From: Bacteroidota bacterium
Lineage (GTDB): Bacteria > Bacteroidota > Bacteroidia > Bacteroidales > PUMT01
NCBI GenBank assembly: GCA_003551495.1
Contig: PUMT01000231.1
Coordinates: forward strand, 26,685-90,684
Direction of reading: 5' to 3'
Length of the DNA stretch: 64,000 bases
The notes under the pieces were generated by a model. That model ran no database searches and was not told the DNA's origin. It saw only the letters and a list, made by a program, of their open reading frames with translations. Shown here piece after piece: positions 16,488 through 25,771 of the stretch. Within the stretch, counting starts at the first letter, position 1. Every line of letters begins with the position of its first letter. The position numbers and the translations under genes were made by a program.

Positions 16488-17555
16488 ATGAAAATTCGAA
16501 GAAGACACTTTTGCCGTTATATTCTTGCTGCCGGAGCAGGCGGACTGATTCCCGTGTTGTTTTCACCATTTTCACTCTCTCTGGCGAGGGGAGCTAACCC
16601 GGGGAACAATAAAAACAATATGTTGACCAGTAATAGCAGCGAGCCGGGTTATGTAAACCTTCATCGTTCAGGAGAACTGAAGAAAAGGGCAGTCGTTTTA
16701 TGGGATATGATGCGTAACTGTACGTTGTGTCCAAGAAATTGCGGAACAAACAGGCTTAATAATCAAAGGGGTGATTGCAATGCATCGTCAGAGCTTGAAG
16801 TTTCCTCATTCAGTCCCCATTTCGGAGAGGAACCTCCTCTGGTCGGCAGAAACGGCTCAGGAACCGTTTTCTTTACAAACTGCAGTTTGTTATGTGTATT
16901 TTGCATAAACTGGGAAATCAGTCAGGGTGGAATGGGCCAGAAACGTACAATAAAGGAGCTTGCCAACATGATGCTGTTGCTTCAGCGTATGGGTTGCCAC
17001 AACATTAACGTAGTTTCGCCTACACATTATATTCCTCATATTTTGCTTGCACTTGATGAAGCGGTTCCTGCAGGTCTTAAAATCCCACTGGTTTATAATA
17101 CAAGCGGGTGGGAGAAAATTGAAGTGGTGCAAATGCTTGATGGAATAGTGGATATCTATTTAACAGATTTTAAATATTTCGATGGGCAAATGTCCGACAA
17201 ATATTCTCCCGGAGCAGCAAATTATCCTGAAGTTACCAAAAAAGCGATACTTGAAATGCACCGCCAGGTTGGAGTCGCCGATGCAACACCTGAAAAGGGA
17301 GTTATGAGCAAAGGCCTGATAATAAGACATCTTGTAATGCCGAACAATGTCGGGGGAACAAGGGAGGTGATCAACTGGATAGCTGAAAACCTGCCTGATG
17401 AAACTTATGTTAACATAATGTCTCAATACACACCTGTTTACAAAGCAGATCAGTATCCGCAAATAGCAAGACGAATTACAAGGTCTGAATATAATCAGGC
17501 TTTAAGGGCTGCCAGAAATGCCGGATTGAAAAATATTGATGCACAGCCAATGTAA
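16488..17555 (+). CDS. Radical SAM protein, PflX/COG1313 type, with a twin-arginine-like N-terminal extension
   Basis: 355 aa with CTLCPRNC, HFGEEPPLVG and the CxxxCxxC motif (CSLLCVFC). The N-terminus MKIRRRHFCRYILAAGAGGLIPVLFSPFSLSLA resembles a Tat signal. An alternative internal start is the ATG at 16620. Confidence 0.75.
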   Translation: MKIRRRHFCRYILAAGAGGLIPVLFSPFSLSLARGANPGNNKNNMLTSNSSEPGYVNLHRSGELKKRAVVLWDMMRNCTLCPRNCGTNRLNNQRGDCNASSELEVSSFSPHFGEEPPLVGRNGSGTVFFTNCSLLCVFCINWEISQGGMGQKRTIKELANMMLLLQRMGCHNINVVSPTHYIPHILLALDEAVPAGLKIPLVYNTSGWEKIEVVQMLDGIVDIYLTDFKYFDGQMSDKYSPGAANYPEVTKKAILEMHRQVGVADATPEKGVMSKGLIIRHLVMPNNVGGTREVINWIAENLPDETYVNIMSQYTPVYKADQYPQIARRITRSEYNQALRAARNAGLKNIDAQPM

Positions 17556-17656
17556 ATATTTTATCGGGTTACTTTCGAAAGAGATCTTTAAAGCAGACTT
17601 ATAAAATAAATCAGTCATCTAAGTCCGCCCTGAATCATATTTTTAATCCAAAGCCA

Positions 17657-18106
17657 ATGATACAAGTAAGAGAAGCATTTTCTGATGAGGCTGGCACTAT
17701 TGCTCATTTTCAGGTTTTAATGGCAGAAGAAACGGAGGGGCTGAAACTCGACCCTGAGATGGTCAGAGATGGTGTTAATTCAGTATTTTCCGATCCATCA
17801 AAAGGGAAATATTACGTTGTTACAATAGGTGATACCATCGCTGGTTCATTGTTGACCACTTATGAATGGAGTGACTGGCGAAACAAATATTTTATCTGGA
17901 TTCAATCCGTTTATGTAAGTCAGCGTTACAGGGGTAAAGGAATGTTTTCTGAAATGTACATGAATATCAGGAAAATGGTCGAAAATTCCGATTCTTATGC
18001 TGGAATCAGGCTCTATGTTGACAAGGATAATCGTACAGCACGCAAAACGTACAGCAAACTGGGCATGATCGCTGACCATTATCAGCTTTATGAGTGGATC
18101 AGTTAG
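17657..18106 (+). CDS. GNAT family N-acetyltransferase
   Basis: 149 aa with the acetyl-CoA binding motif (VSQRYRGKGMFSEMY). Confidence 0.75.
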   Translation: MIQVREAFSDEAGTIAHFQVLMAEETEGLKLDPEMVRDGVNSVFSDPSKGKYYVVTIGDTIAGSLLTTYEWSDWRNKYFIWIQSVYVSQRYRGKGMFSEMYMNIRKMVENSDSYAGIRLYVDKDNRTARKTYSKLGMIADHYQLYEWIS

Positions 18107-18142
18107 TTATAAACATAGTTTCTGCAATTCCATAATTTTATC

Positions 18143-19267
18143 ATGCCGTTTATTATAATAATTCTTTTTATTCTGACAATTGCATATTTTGTATGGATTG
18201 GAGTATTCTGTTACGGCTGGATAAAGCTACCCTCTTTCAAATCAATAAACCAAACAGAATTTATTCGTGTTTCGGTTATAGTGCCCGTAAGATGTGAAGA
18301 AGATAAATTGACTGTTCTGTTGAAAGCTCTGCTAAACCAGGAATATCCAAATGAATATTATGAAATTATAGTGGTTAACGATCATTCAACCGATTCAACT
18401 GCAAAGATTGCCGGTAAATATTGTAATAAATACAACAATATAGCATTAGTTAATCTTCCGCCACACAAAACAGGGAAAAAATGGGCAATAAATGCCGGTG
18501 TGACAAATGCACAACATCCTCTGGTTATTACAACCGATGCCGATTGTGCTATGGGGCCTTACTGGCTGAGGGAGTTCTCTGCCTTTTATTCACTTTATAA
18601 ACCCGCACTTATTGCAGGCCCTGTTCTTTTTACGGAGGAGAATTCATTATTGGAGAAATTCTTGCAACTTGAACTTATCAGTCTGGTTTCCACCTCTGCA
18701 GGAGCCATAAATGCCAATTTGCCAGTGATGTGCAGCGGGGCAAATCTTGCTTTTGAAAAAAATGCTTATCTTAAAGTTTCAGAAAACCTGCAGTGGTGTT
18801 CTCCCTCAGGAGATGATGTTTTTTTGCTTCATGCTCTGGCAGGATACGGTAGCAGGGGAATTAATTTTTTAAAATCCCGGGATGCAATTGTATATACATC
18901 TTCAGAAAAAACCATTAAAGGCTTCTTAAATCAAAGAGTGAGATGGGCATCTAAAAGCAGGTATTACAAGCAGTTTTCTCCTTTGTTTACTGCATTTTTA
19001 GTTCTTTCGGTAAATCTGGCACTTACAGTTTTGGTTTTTTTTGGAATTTTTAACCCCCAATTGTTTAAATACTTTGCAGCATTAACAGTTATCAAGTCAG
19101 CTATTGATTTTACACTATTATTCAGCGCAACAAAATTTTTCGGGAAGAAAAAAATAATGTGGTATTTCATCCCCTCTCAAATACTTTATATTTTTTATGT
19201 GGCAAGTGTGTTTATTTTCGCTTTTTTACCATTTTACGGATGGAAAAACCGGACTCACAAAATATAG
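18143..19267 (+). CDS. Family 2 glycosyltransferase (membrane-bound)
   Basis: 374 aa with the GT-A N-terminal signature (VSVIVPVRCEE...EIIVVNDHSTDST, TDADC) and several C-terminal TM helices. Confidence 0.8.
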   Translation: MPFIIIILFILTIAYFVWIGVFCYGWIKLPSFKSINQTEFIRVSVIVPVRCEEDKLTVLLKALLNQEYPNEYYEIIVVNDHSTDSTAKIAGKYCNKYNNIALVNLPPHKTGKKWAINAGVTNAQHPLVITTDADCAMGPYWLREFSAFYSLYKPALIAGPVLFTEENSLLEKFLQLELISLVSTSAGAINANLPVMCSGANLAFEKNAYLKVSENLQWCSPSGDDVFLLHALAGYGSRGINFLKSRDAIVYTSSEKTIKGFLNQRVRWASKSRYYKQFSPLFTAFLVLSVNLALTVLVFFGIFNPQLFKYFAALTVIKSAIDFTLLFSATKFFGKKKIMWYFIPSQILYIFYVASVFIFAFLPFYGWKNRTHKI

Positions 19268-19402
19268 TTCACCAATAATGGCAAAAATTAAAAAATGAAT
19301 TAAATTTGTGAACCGTTTTTTATAAAACAAGAAATTCAAGGCTGCCCGGATAAATATTTTATGACGGATAACTTATTATTAAACAATGTAATTTTTTTAT
19401 TT

Positions 19403-20059
19403 ATGAAGAAAAGTTTAACATTATCGGCAATGATTGTTTTGCCGGCATTATTATTTGTATTGTATGGCCAGACTACAGAAAATAATAACAACCGGCAACC
19501 GCAATTAAGAGAAAATTTACTTTCTGATCCCAATCAAACTAACTTTTTGCTTAATCCCAACTGGCATAGGGGGGTTATAACTCTTCAGGACAATACAACA
19601 ATAACAGGACAGGCATACCGGTATAATGTTTATACAGATCAGATTGAAGTGGTTTCGGCACTTTCTCCAAGTGAGATAAAAGTAGTTGAGGTTAATTCCA
19701 AACAGTTTATTTATATTGATTTTCTAACTGGCAACGATGAATTGAGAAGAGGCTATTTTGAATTGGTTGAGGATGGCCCGATGAAGCTGCTTATCAGAAG
19801 AGAAATGTCTATTACCAGCTCATCTCCTCAATCAGATCATTATGGCTCAAGAGGTGGAGAAGACAGGATCCAGGAAACTCTTTATATTAAGCTGGGTGAC
19901 GAACCTGCACAAAAGATAAATCCCAGAAGGCGTGATGTTATTGAGTTTTTTAGTGATAACGAAATAATACAGAACTATTTTGATGAGAACAGAGTTTTGA
20001 GGATGAATGAATCAAGGCTAAGGGAGATTATTCGTTACTACAATGAAAACGTCGAGTAA
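19403..20059 (+). CDS. Secreted hypothetical protein (paralog of 29771-30481)
   Basis: It has a signal peptide (MKKSLTLSAMIVLPALLFVLYG). It shares GVITL...YRYNVYTDQIE and a C-terminal LREIIRYYNEN with the other copy. The start is taken at the internal ATG at 19403. Confidence 0.55.
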   Translation: MKKSLTLSAMIVLPALLFVLYGQTTENNNNRQPQLRENLLSDPNQTNFLLNPNWHRGVITLQDNTTITGQAYRYNVYTDQIEVVSALSPSEIKVVEVNSKQFIYIDFLTGNDELRRGYFELVEDGPMKLLIRREMSITSSSPQSDHYGSRGGEDRIQETLYIKLGDEPAQKINPRRRDVIEFFSDNEIIQNYFDENRVLRMNESRLREIIRYYNENVE

Positions 20060-20194
20060 ATAAGTTTATCTCTTCTGAGCTTCTCTGCAACATTTTTTTA
20101 AAAGGCAGCCAATTTTTATATGGTTTTTTTGCAGCATTTCTGTTGGTTGTTACAGGACGATGGTGAATATTAAATAAGATCTAAAGACAGAGCA

Positions 20195-21937
20195 ATGATT
20201 TTTTATCCCAAGACCTTCTCTTCATTAAGGGGGTATGACAGAAAGCAGTTTTTTGCTGATCTGAATGCCGGGATAATAGTCGGTATAGTTGCTCTACCAA
20301 TTGCACTGGCATATGCCATAGCTTCAGGTGTTTCACCTGACAGGGGCTTGATTGCTGCAATTATTGGAGGTTTCCTGATTTCTTTTCTCGGAGGTAGCAG
20401 GGTGCAGATAGGAGGCCCGGCAGCTGCATTTATTGTTGTAATTCACAGCATTGTTGAGCAGCATGGACTGGACGGACTCCTTATTGCTACTTTTATGGCA
20501 GGGGTGATCCTGATAGTTATGGGGTTATTCAGGATGGGGACAATAATCAGATTTATCCCCTATCCAATTGTTATCGGATTCATGAGTGCAATCGCCCTTT
20601 CAATTTTTACCACACAACTGAACGATTTCTTTGGGATAATACCGGCCGACGGCAAAGCCATGCCTTCCGGTTTTTTTGACAAATGGGCACAATTTTTCAG
20701 AAACATAAATAGTTTCAATGTTTATTCAGTTGCAATCGGGACAGGCACCATATTATCAATAATTTATGTGCCCCGAATTGTCAGGAAATTACCGGGGTCA
20801 CTTGTGGCGATTGTTCTGAGTACATTGGCCGTTATTATTTTTGATTTGGATGTCAGCACAATAGGGTCAAAATATGAAGCGATTGCAACAAGGATACCTT
20901 CTCCAGAAATTCCTGCATTCTCATATGAGAAAATAAGCCTTCTTATACAGCCAGCATTTACACTTGCATTTCTTGGTGCAGTTGAATCGCTCTTGTCTGC
21001 AATGGTAGCCGACGGGGTAGTAGGCGGCAACCACAGATCAAATACTGAATTGATATCACAGGGAGCTGCAAATATTGTTTTGCCCTTTTTCGGGGGGATT
21101 CCGGTAGCAGGACAAATTGCCAAAACAATGACTAATATTAGAAGTGGCGGGAGAACTCCTGTATCAGGTATGATACATTCAATTTTCATGCTTATTGTAA
21201 TGCTGATTTTCATGCAATATGTCAGCTTAATCCCGATGGCGTGCATGGCAGGAATACTGATCACTGTTGCATATAAAATGAGTGAATGGCATACTTTCAA
21301 AGGCTTTCTTAAATATCCCAAAAGTGACGGCGCTGTATTGCTTACTACATTTTTCCTGACGTTAATATTTGATCTGGCCATTGCAATACAGGTAGGTATT
21401 TTGCTGGCGATGGTTTTGTTTTTGAAAAGAGTCGCAGAAACCACCAATATTGAAGTATTCAAGGCACAAAACGACAAAAGCAGGGATACCGATTCAGAAA
21501 CAATGTTTGACAAACATTTCCAGAATATGGAAATTCCCGAGGGAGTGGATATTTATGAATTCAAAGGCCCTTATTTTTTCGGGGTTGCACACAGGTTCGA
21601 CGAAATAGTCAGAGAAGGACTCAAAGATACAACCGTAAGGATTCTTCGGATGCGCAGGGTTCCTTTTATTGATTCAACCGGACTTAAAAATCTTGAAAAT
21701 CTATACGAAAGATTCAAAGAGGAGAAAATTCATCTGATTTTTTCCGGTGTTAATCCCACAGCTCTTGAAGACCTTAAAAAGTCAGGTTTGTATAGTAAAA
21801 TAGGTCATGAAAACATATTTGATGATATCGTCCCCGCCCTGAAAAGAGCAAAAGAAATAGCAGATCAGAAAAAAGAGAAGGAAAGAATAAAGAAGAAAAG
21901 ATCCAATAATCCCGATTTTTATGATACAGAAAGCTGA
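20195..21937 (+). CDS. SulP family inorganic anion transporter with C-terminal STAS domain
   Basis: 580 aa, polytopic, with the SulP N-terminal motif (ADLNAGIIVGIVALPIALAYAIASGVSP) and a STAS region (RMRRVPFIDSTGLKNLE). Confidence 0.85.
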   Translation: MIFYPKTFSSLRGYDRKQFFADLNAGIIVGIVALPIALAYAIASGVSPDRGLIAAIIGGFLISFLGGSRVQIGGPAAAFIVVIHSIVEQHGLDGLLIATFMAGVILIVMGLFRMGTIIRFIPYPIVIGFMSAIALSIFTTQLNDFFGIIPADGKAMPSGFFDKWAQFFRNINSFNVYSVAIGTGTILSIIYVPRIVRKLPGSLVAIVLSTLAVIIFDLDVSTIGSKYEAIATRIPSPEIPAFSYEKISLLIQPAFTLAFLGAVESLLSAMVADGVVGGNHRSNTELISQGAANIVLPFFGGIPVAGQIAKTMTNIRSGGRTPVSGMIHSIFMLIVMLIFMQYVSLIPMACMAGILITVAYKMSEWHTFKGFLKYPKSDGAVLLTTFFLTLIFDLAIAIQVGILLAMVLFLKRVAETTNIEVFKAQNDKSRDTDSETMFDKHFQNMEIPEGVDIYEFKGPYFFGVAHRFDEIVREGLKDTTVRILRMRRVPFIDSTGLKNLENLYERFKEEKIHLIFSGVNPTALEDLKKSGLYSKIGHENIFDDIVPALKRAKEIADQKKEKERIKKKRSNNPDFYDTES

Positions 21938-22105
21938 AATTGAATAATCCAATCTCTGCCAGCTGACCCGCAAAAATAACCTGTTAATTTATTTCCTGGA
22001 AATATTTTTTATTCTATCCGATATTAGTCTGTACAGCAAGATGTTGCAAGAATCCAAAACGAGAAGAATTATAAGATATATCAGGCTATTTATCGTAAAA
22101 AAATT

Positions 22106-22135
22106 TGTAACTTTTCAATATTAAAGAACGTCATA
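22106..22135 (+). promoter_or_regulatory. Candidate ECF-type promoter (GTAAC-N17-CGTC) upstream of the sigma factor gene
   Basis: TGTAAC at 22106-22111 and CGTC at 22129-22132 lie about 60 nt upstream of the ATG at 22194. The match is by motif only. Confidence 0.35.
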
Positions 22136-22193
22136 GGGGAAGAACATTCCGGACATTACATGTGATGTATTAATTAATAAATTAATTAAGTGA

Positions 22194-22679
22194 ATGAGTA
22201 TAGAGGAGTATAATGCTGCGGTGGATAAGTATTCTGACAATGTTTACCGTTTTATTCTTAAAAACATCAAAGATGAAGAAAAAGCGAAGGATATAGTTCA
22301 GGATGCTTTTGAAAAGCTATGGGTTAAAGCAGAGAATGTTCCCTACAAAAAAGTAAAATCATACCTGTTCTCCACAGCATACCATACAATGATAGATGCT
22401 CTCAGAAAAGAGAAGAATCAAACAGGGATATCCGAGGCAGACTTAACCAGCCACATCCATACTGGGCAGTATTCTGATCTGAATGAAATATTACATAAAG
22501 CTATTGAAAAATTGCCCGGTTCACAAAAATCTGTTATTCTTCTTCGTGATTATGAAGGATACAGTTATGACGAAATAGCTGAAATAACCGGTTTATCAGA
22601 ATCGCAGGTGAAGGTTTATATATACAGGGGCCGGATGTTTTTAAGAAATTATATTGGGAGCCTTGAAACAGTTATTTAA
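22194..22679 (+). CDS. RNA polymerase ECF (sigma-70 family) sigma factor
   Basis: 161 aa with region 2 (DIVQDAFEKLW) and region 4 (SYDEIAEITGLSESQVKVYIYRGR). Confidence 0.9.
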   Translation: MSIEEYNAAVDKYSDNVYRFILKNIKDEEKAKDIVQDAFEKLWVKAENVPYKKVKSYLFSTAYHTMIDALRKEKNQTGISEADLTSHIHTGQYSDLNEILHKAIEKLPGSQKSVILLRDYEGYSYDEIAEITGLSESQVKVYIYRGRMFLRNYIGSLETVI

Positions 22680-22691
22680 AAAAATAAAAAA

Positions 22692-23810
22692 ATGAGAATT
22701 ACAAGGCAAAATTATGAACCATTTTTTGTTGACTTTCTTGATGGGAAGTTAACTGATGAGGTTGCAGCAGAACTTGAAAAATTTCTGGAGCAGAATCCGG
22801 ACCTGAAAGATGAGCTTGAGGGTTATGCAGAAATAATTCTCAGGCCTGAGGAATATACAGTTTTCACAAGGAAGGAAGGCCTCAAGAAAGGGGGAGATGC
22901 AAAAGAGATAAATGAGGATAATTTTGAACAGTTTTGTATTGCTGCGGCAGAAAAGGATATATCACCCCAAAAGAAAAGAGAACTGATAAGATTTATAGGA
23001 AATGATAAAAAAAAGGAAAAAATATTTAACCTCTACTCAAAGATAAAACTTATTCCCGATAAAATAGCCTACCCTCAGAAGCAGATTTTATATGCAGCCA
23101 AAACAATGCCTATTTACAGAAAACGTTTTTATCAGATTATGTCAGCTGCAGCATCAGTGCTTATAATCATATCCCTCTTTTTTCTTTTTGATTACAATGA
23201 TTCCTATCAGATAGCTGAGACACCTTATCTGCAATCCCCGTTACCAGAACTGCCTGATCCTGTTAAAAGAGAAATGATCACCGAAGATCCGACGGATGCC
23301 CGGTCATCATACGAAACAGTACAGACAGAATTACCCTATGAAATACAGGAATCTCTTTTAACGGATGCCTCAGAAAAGGATTTTGCTTATGAAGATATTC
23401 AGTTTTCGCCTCATTTTACTGAAACAACAGAAAGGCATGAAATGTCGAGGATAAAGAGTTTACCTCCCCATACACTGGCAAGCCTCACAGATGCCGGGAA
23501 AGACATTAAGCCCGTAAGGATGTCAGACGGATTTGACTATACTATCGAAACTGCTGCTTCTGATGAAATTTCAATACAGAGCATCGCCGGGCAATTAACG
23601 GCAGGACTGCTGAATAACAGGAACATTCCCGGAATTGGAGATGAGAGGATTAATTTGTGGAATATTGCTGATGCCGGCATAAAAGGGTTTACCCGTATTA
23701 CCGGGAGGGAAGTGCAATTCGAAAAAGAAACAGATGAGGAAGGAAAGGTAGTTGCTTTTTTCTTTGACGCCGGAAATTTTGGAATATCAAGAGTAAGGGG
23801 AAAAAACTGA
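22692..23810 (+). CDS. Putative anti-sigma factor (single-pass membrane protein)
   Basis: It starts 12 nt after the ECF sigma gene. There is one TM helix (IMSAAASVLIIISLFFLF). The N-terminal helical region is typical of anti-sigma partners, but I recognise no specific domain. Confidence 0.5.
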   Translation: MRITRQNYEPFFVDFLDGKLTDEVAAELEKFLEQNPDLKDELEGYAEIILRPEEYTVFTRKEGLKKGGDAKEINEDNFEQFCIAAAEKDISPQKKRELIRFIGNDKKKEKIFNLYSKIKLIPDKIAYPQKQILYAAKTMPIYRKRFYQIMSAAASVLIIISLFFLFDYNDSYQIAETPYLQSPLPELPDPVKREMITEDPTDARSSYETVQTELPYEIQESLLTDASEKDFAYEDIQFSPHFTETTERHEMSRIKSLPPHTLASLTDAGKDIKPVRMSDGFDYTIETAASDEISIQSIAGQLTAGLLNNRNIPGIGDERINLWNIADAGIKGFTRITGREVQFEKETDEEGKVVAFFFDAGNFGISRVRGKN

Positions 23811-23893
23811 TAACGATCTGTAACTATATAATGTTTCAGTACGTCATATGGACAAAAAATAAAATATATTATCTAATTTAACAACAAGAAAAA

Positions 23894-24802
23894 ATGAATG
23901 AGATTATTAAAAAAAGCACTCTTTTATTGCTTGTGGTATCAGTTGCATATGGAGCAGCCGGCCAAACATTACCAAATGTTGAAGAAACGGTTGAAAACGG
24001 ATTTACCCATGATTTCTCTTTTGCTGCTGTAGATACAATAGACGGAAATGATACCACCCGGATCAAGATGGGAAGGAGAGAGGTGGTTATAATTGAAACT
24101 GAAGGTGAAAAAAACATAAAAATTATTGACCTTGAAGAGACAAGGGAGCGTGAGACAAGAAGGCGCCCCTCAAATTTTAGAGGTCACTGGAGCGGCCTGG
24201 AGGTAGGATTAAACACTTTTTTAACTGCAGCGAATTCAATGTCTATTCCTGTGGAATATTCTTATATGGAAATATATGATGGTAATTCACGTAACTGGAA
24301 CCTGAATTTTTTGCAGTATGACATAGGGATTGCCGGAGACCAGTTCGGATTCCTTACAGGTATGGGCATTGAACTCAGCAATTACAGGTTCAGGCACAAT
24401 AATACAATCAGGGTGGTAGACGGAGAGGTGCAACCGCACGAATATGATGCTGCACTTGACAGGTCAAGGCTTAGAACTTACTATCTCACCGTGCCGCTGA
24501 TATTTGAAGTACAGTTTCCCGGTTATGAGTCCAGATACAGAAGAATGCATTTTTCCGCAGGGGTAATATCCTCAGTCAGAATAGGCTCAAACACCCGCGT
24601 TGTTTACCGCGATAATTCAAGCAAACAGAGAGAAAGGAACAAAGATTATTTTTACCTTTCTCCTTTCCGATACGGCTTTACCGCCAGGGCAGGAATACGC
24701 GCTCTGAATCTGTATGCAAATTATTACATGACACCATTATTCAGGGAGGGGAAGGGGCCTGAACTTTATCCTGTATCAATAGGGTTTTCGCTTTCTTTTT
24801 AA
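23894..24802 (+). CDS. Outer membrane beta-barrel protein
   Basis: 302 aa with a signal peptide, an alternating beta-strand pattern and a C-terminal aromatic residue (GFSLSF). Confidence 0.6.
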   Translation: MNEIIKKSTLLLLVVSVAYGAAGQTLPNVEETVENGFTHDFSFAAVDTIDGNDTTRIKMGRREVVIIETEGEKNIKIIDLEETRERETRRRPSNFRGHWSGLEVGLNTFLTAANSMSIPVEYSYMEIYDGNSRNWNLNFLQYDIGIAGDQFGFLTGMGIELSNYRFRHNNTIRVVDGEVQPHEYDAALDRSRLRTYYLTVPLIFEVQFPGYESRYRRMHFSAGVISSVRIGSNTRVVYRDNSSKQRERNKDYFYLSPFRYGFTARAGIRALNLYANYYMTPLFREGKGPELYPVSIGFSLSF

Positions 24803-24824
24803 AAAAGCTGTCCCGGAAATATTT

Positions 24825-24858
24825 AAAAATGATATTGGAAACAATATCATTTTTTTTG
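24825..24858 (+). terminator. Rho-independent terminator
   Basis: The stem is AAAAATGATATTG / CAATATCATTTTT with a GAAA loop, followed by a T-run. Confidence 0.75.
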
Positions 24859-24927
24859 TTCACTCATTTATTAATTGCTTATTTTTGTGAGGCTTGATAC
24901 TAATTAATATTTAAAATTTTATAAAAA

Positions 24928-25632
24928 ATGAAGCTTTTATTGATAAGTAACTCAACAAATGCAGGTGAGGAGTATCTTGATTACCCAAAATATGATATAA
25001 AAGAATTTTTGGGGGATAAACCGGTTAAGGCGCTATTCATTCCTTATGCAGGTGTATTGTTTTCATTTGAGGTATATGAGAAAAAGGTAAATGCCAGATT
25101 TCGTGAAATCGGTCATGAAGTTGTTTCGGTGCATCGTTTTGAAGATCCGGTTAAAGCTGTAAGAGAAGCTGAAGCTATTGTAACAGGAGGAGGGAATACT
25201 TTTCGTCTTACCCAGCTTATGCAACAGAATGGTTTGATTGAAGCCATAAGGGAAAGGGTGCTGGCCGGTGTTCCTTATGTGGGTTGGAGTGCCGGTTCAA
25301 ATGTTACCTGTCCCACCATAAGAACAACCAATGATATGCCCATAGTGGAACCTGAAAGCTTTAATGTCTTCAATCTTGTCAGATTCCAGATCAATCCTCA
25401 CTATTTGGATGCGAATCCTGAGGGGCATGCCGGAGAAACACGTGAGGCCCGGATAAAGGAATTTCTTGAGGTAAATCCTGGGATATATGTTGTTGGACTA
25501 AGGGAAGGCACTATGCTTCACATTGAAGAGGGCAGGATTAAATTAAAAGGGCCCCGTAAAGCCCGGATATTTCTTAAAGACAATGAACCATTTGAACTTG
25601 GGAGTGAAGACGATTTCAGTTTTCTTCTTTGA
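24928..25632 (+). CDS. pepE: Dipeptidase E (S51 peptidase)
   Basis: 234 aa with GGGNTFRL and the catalytic GWSAGSN motif. Confidence 0.85.
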   Translation: MKLLLISNSTNAGEEYLDYPKYDIKEFLGDKPVKALFIPYAGVLFSFEVYEKKVNARFREIGHEVVSVHRFEDPVKAVREAEAIVTGGGNTFRLTQLMQQNGLIEAIRERVLAGVPYVGWSAGSNVTCPTIRTTNDMPIVEPESFNVFNLVRFQINPHYLDANPEGHAGETREARIKEFLEVNPGIYVVGLREGTMLHIEEGRIKLKGPRKARIFLKDNEPFELGSEDDFSFLL

Positions 25633-25771
25633 AATTATATATGTCCGGTTTATTAAAAATGATCTTTTAGAAGTATCCGGGGGATAAATTAACTCATTCT
25701 GTTTTATATATTCATTATTACTGCTTAAACGTTATATGTGAAAAAGATTTATACATCAACGGTTACTTCAA

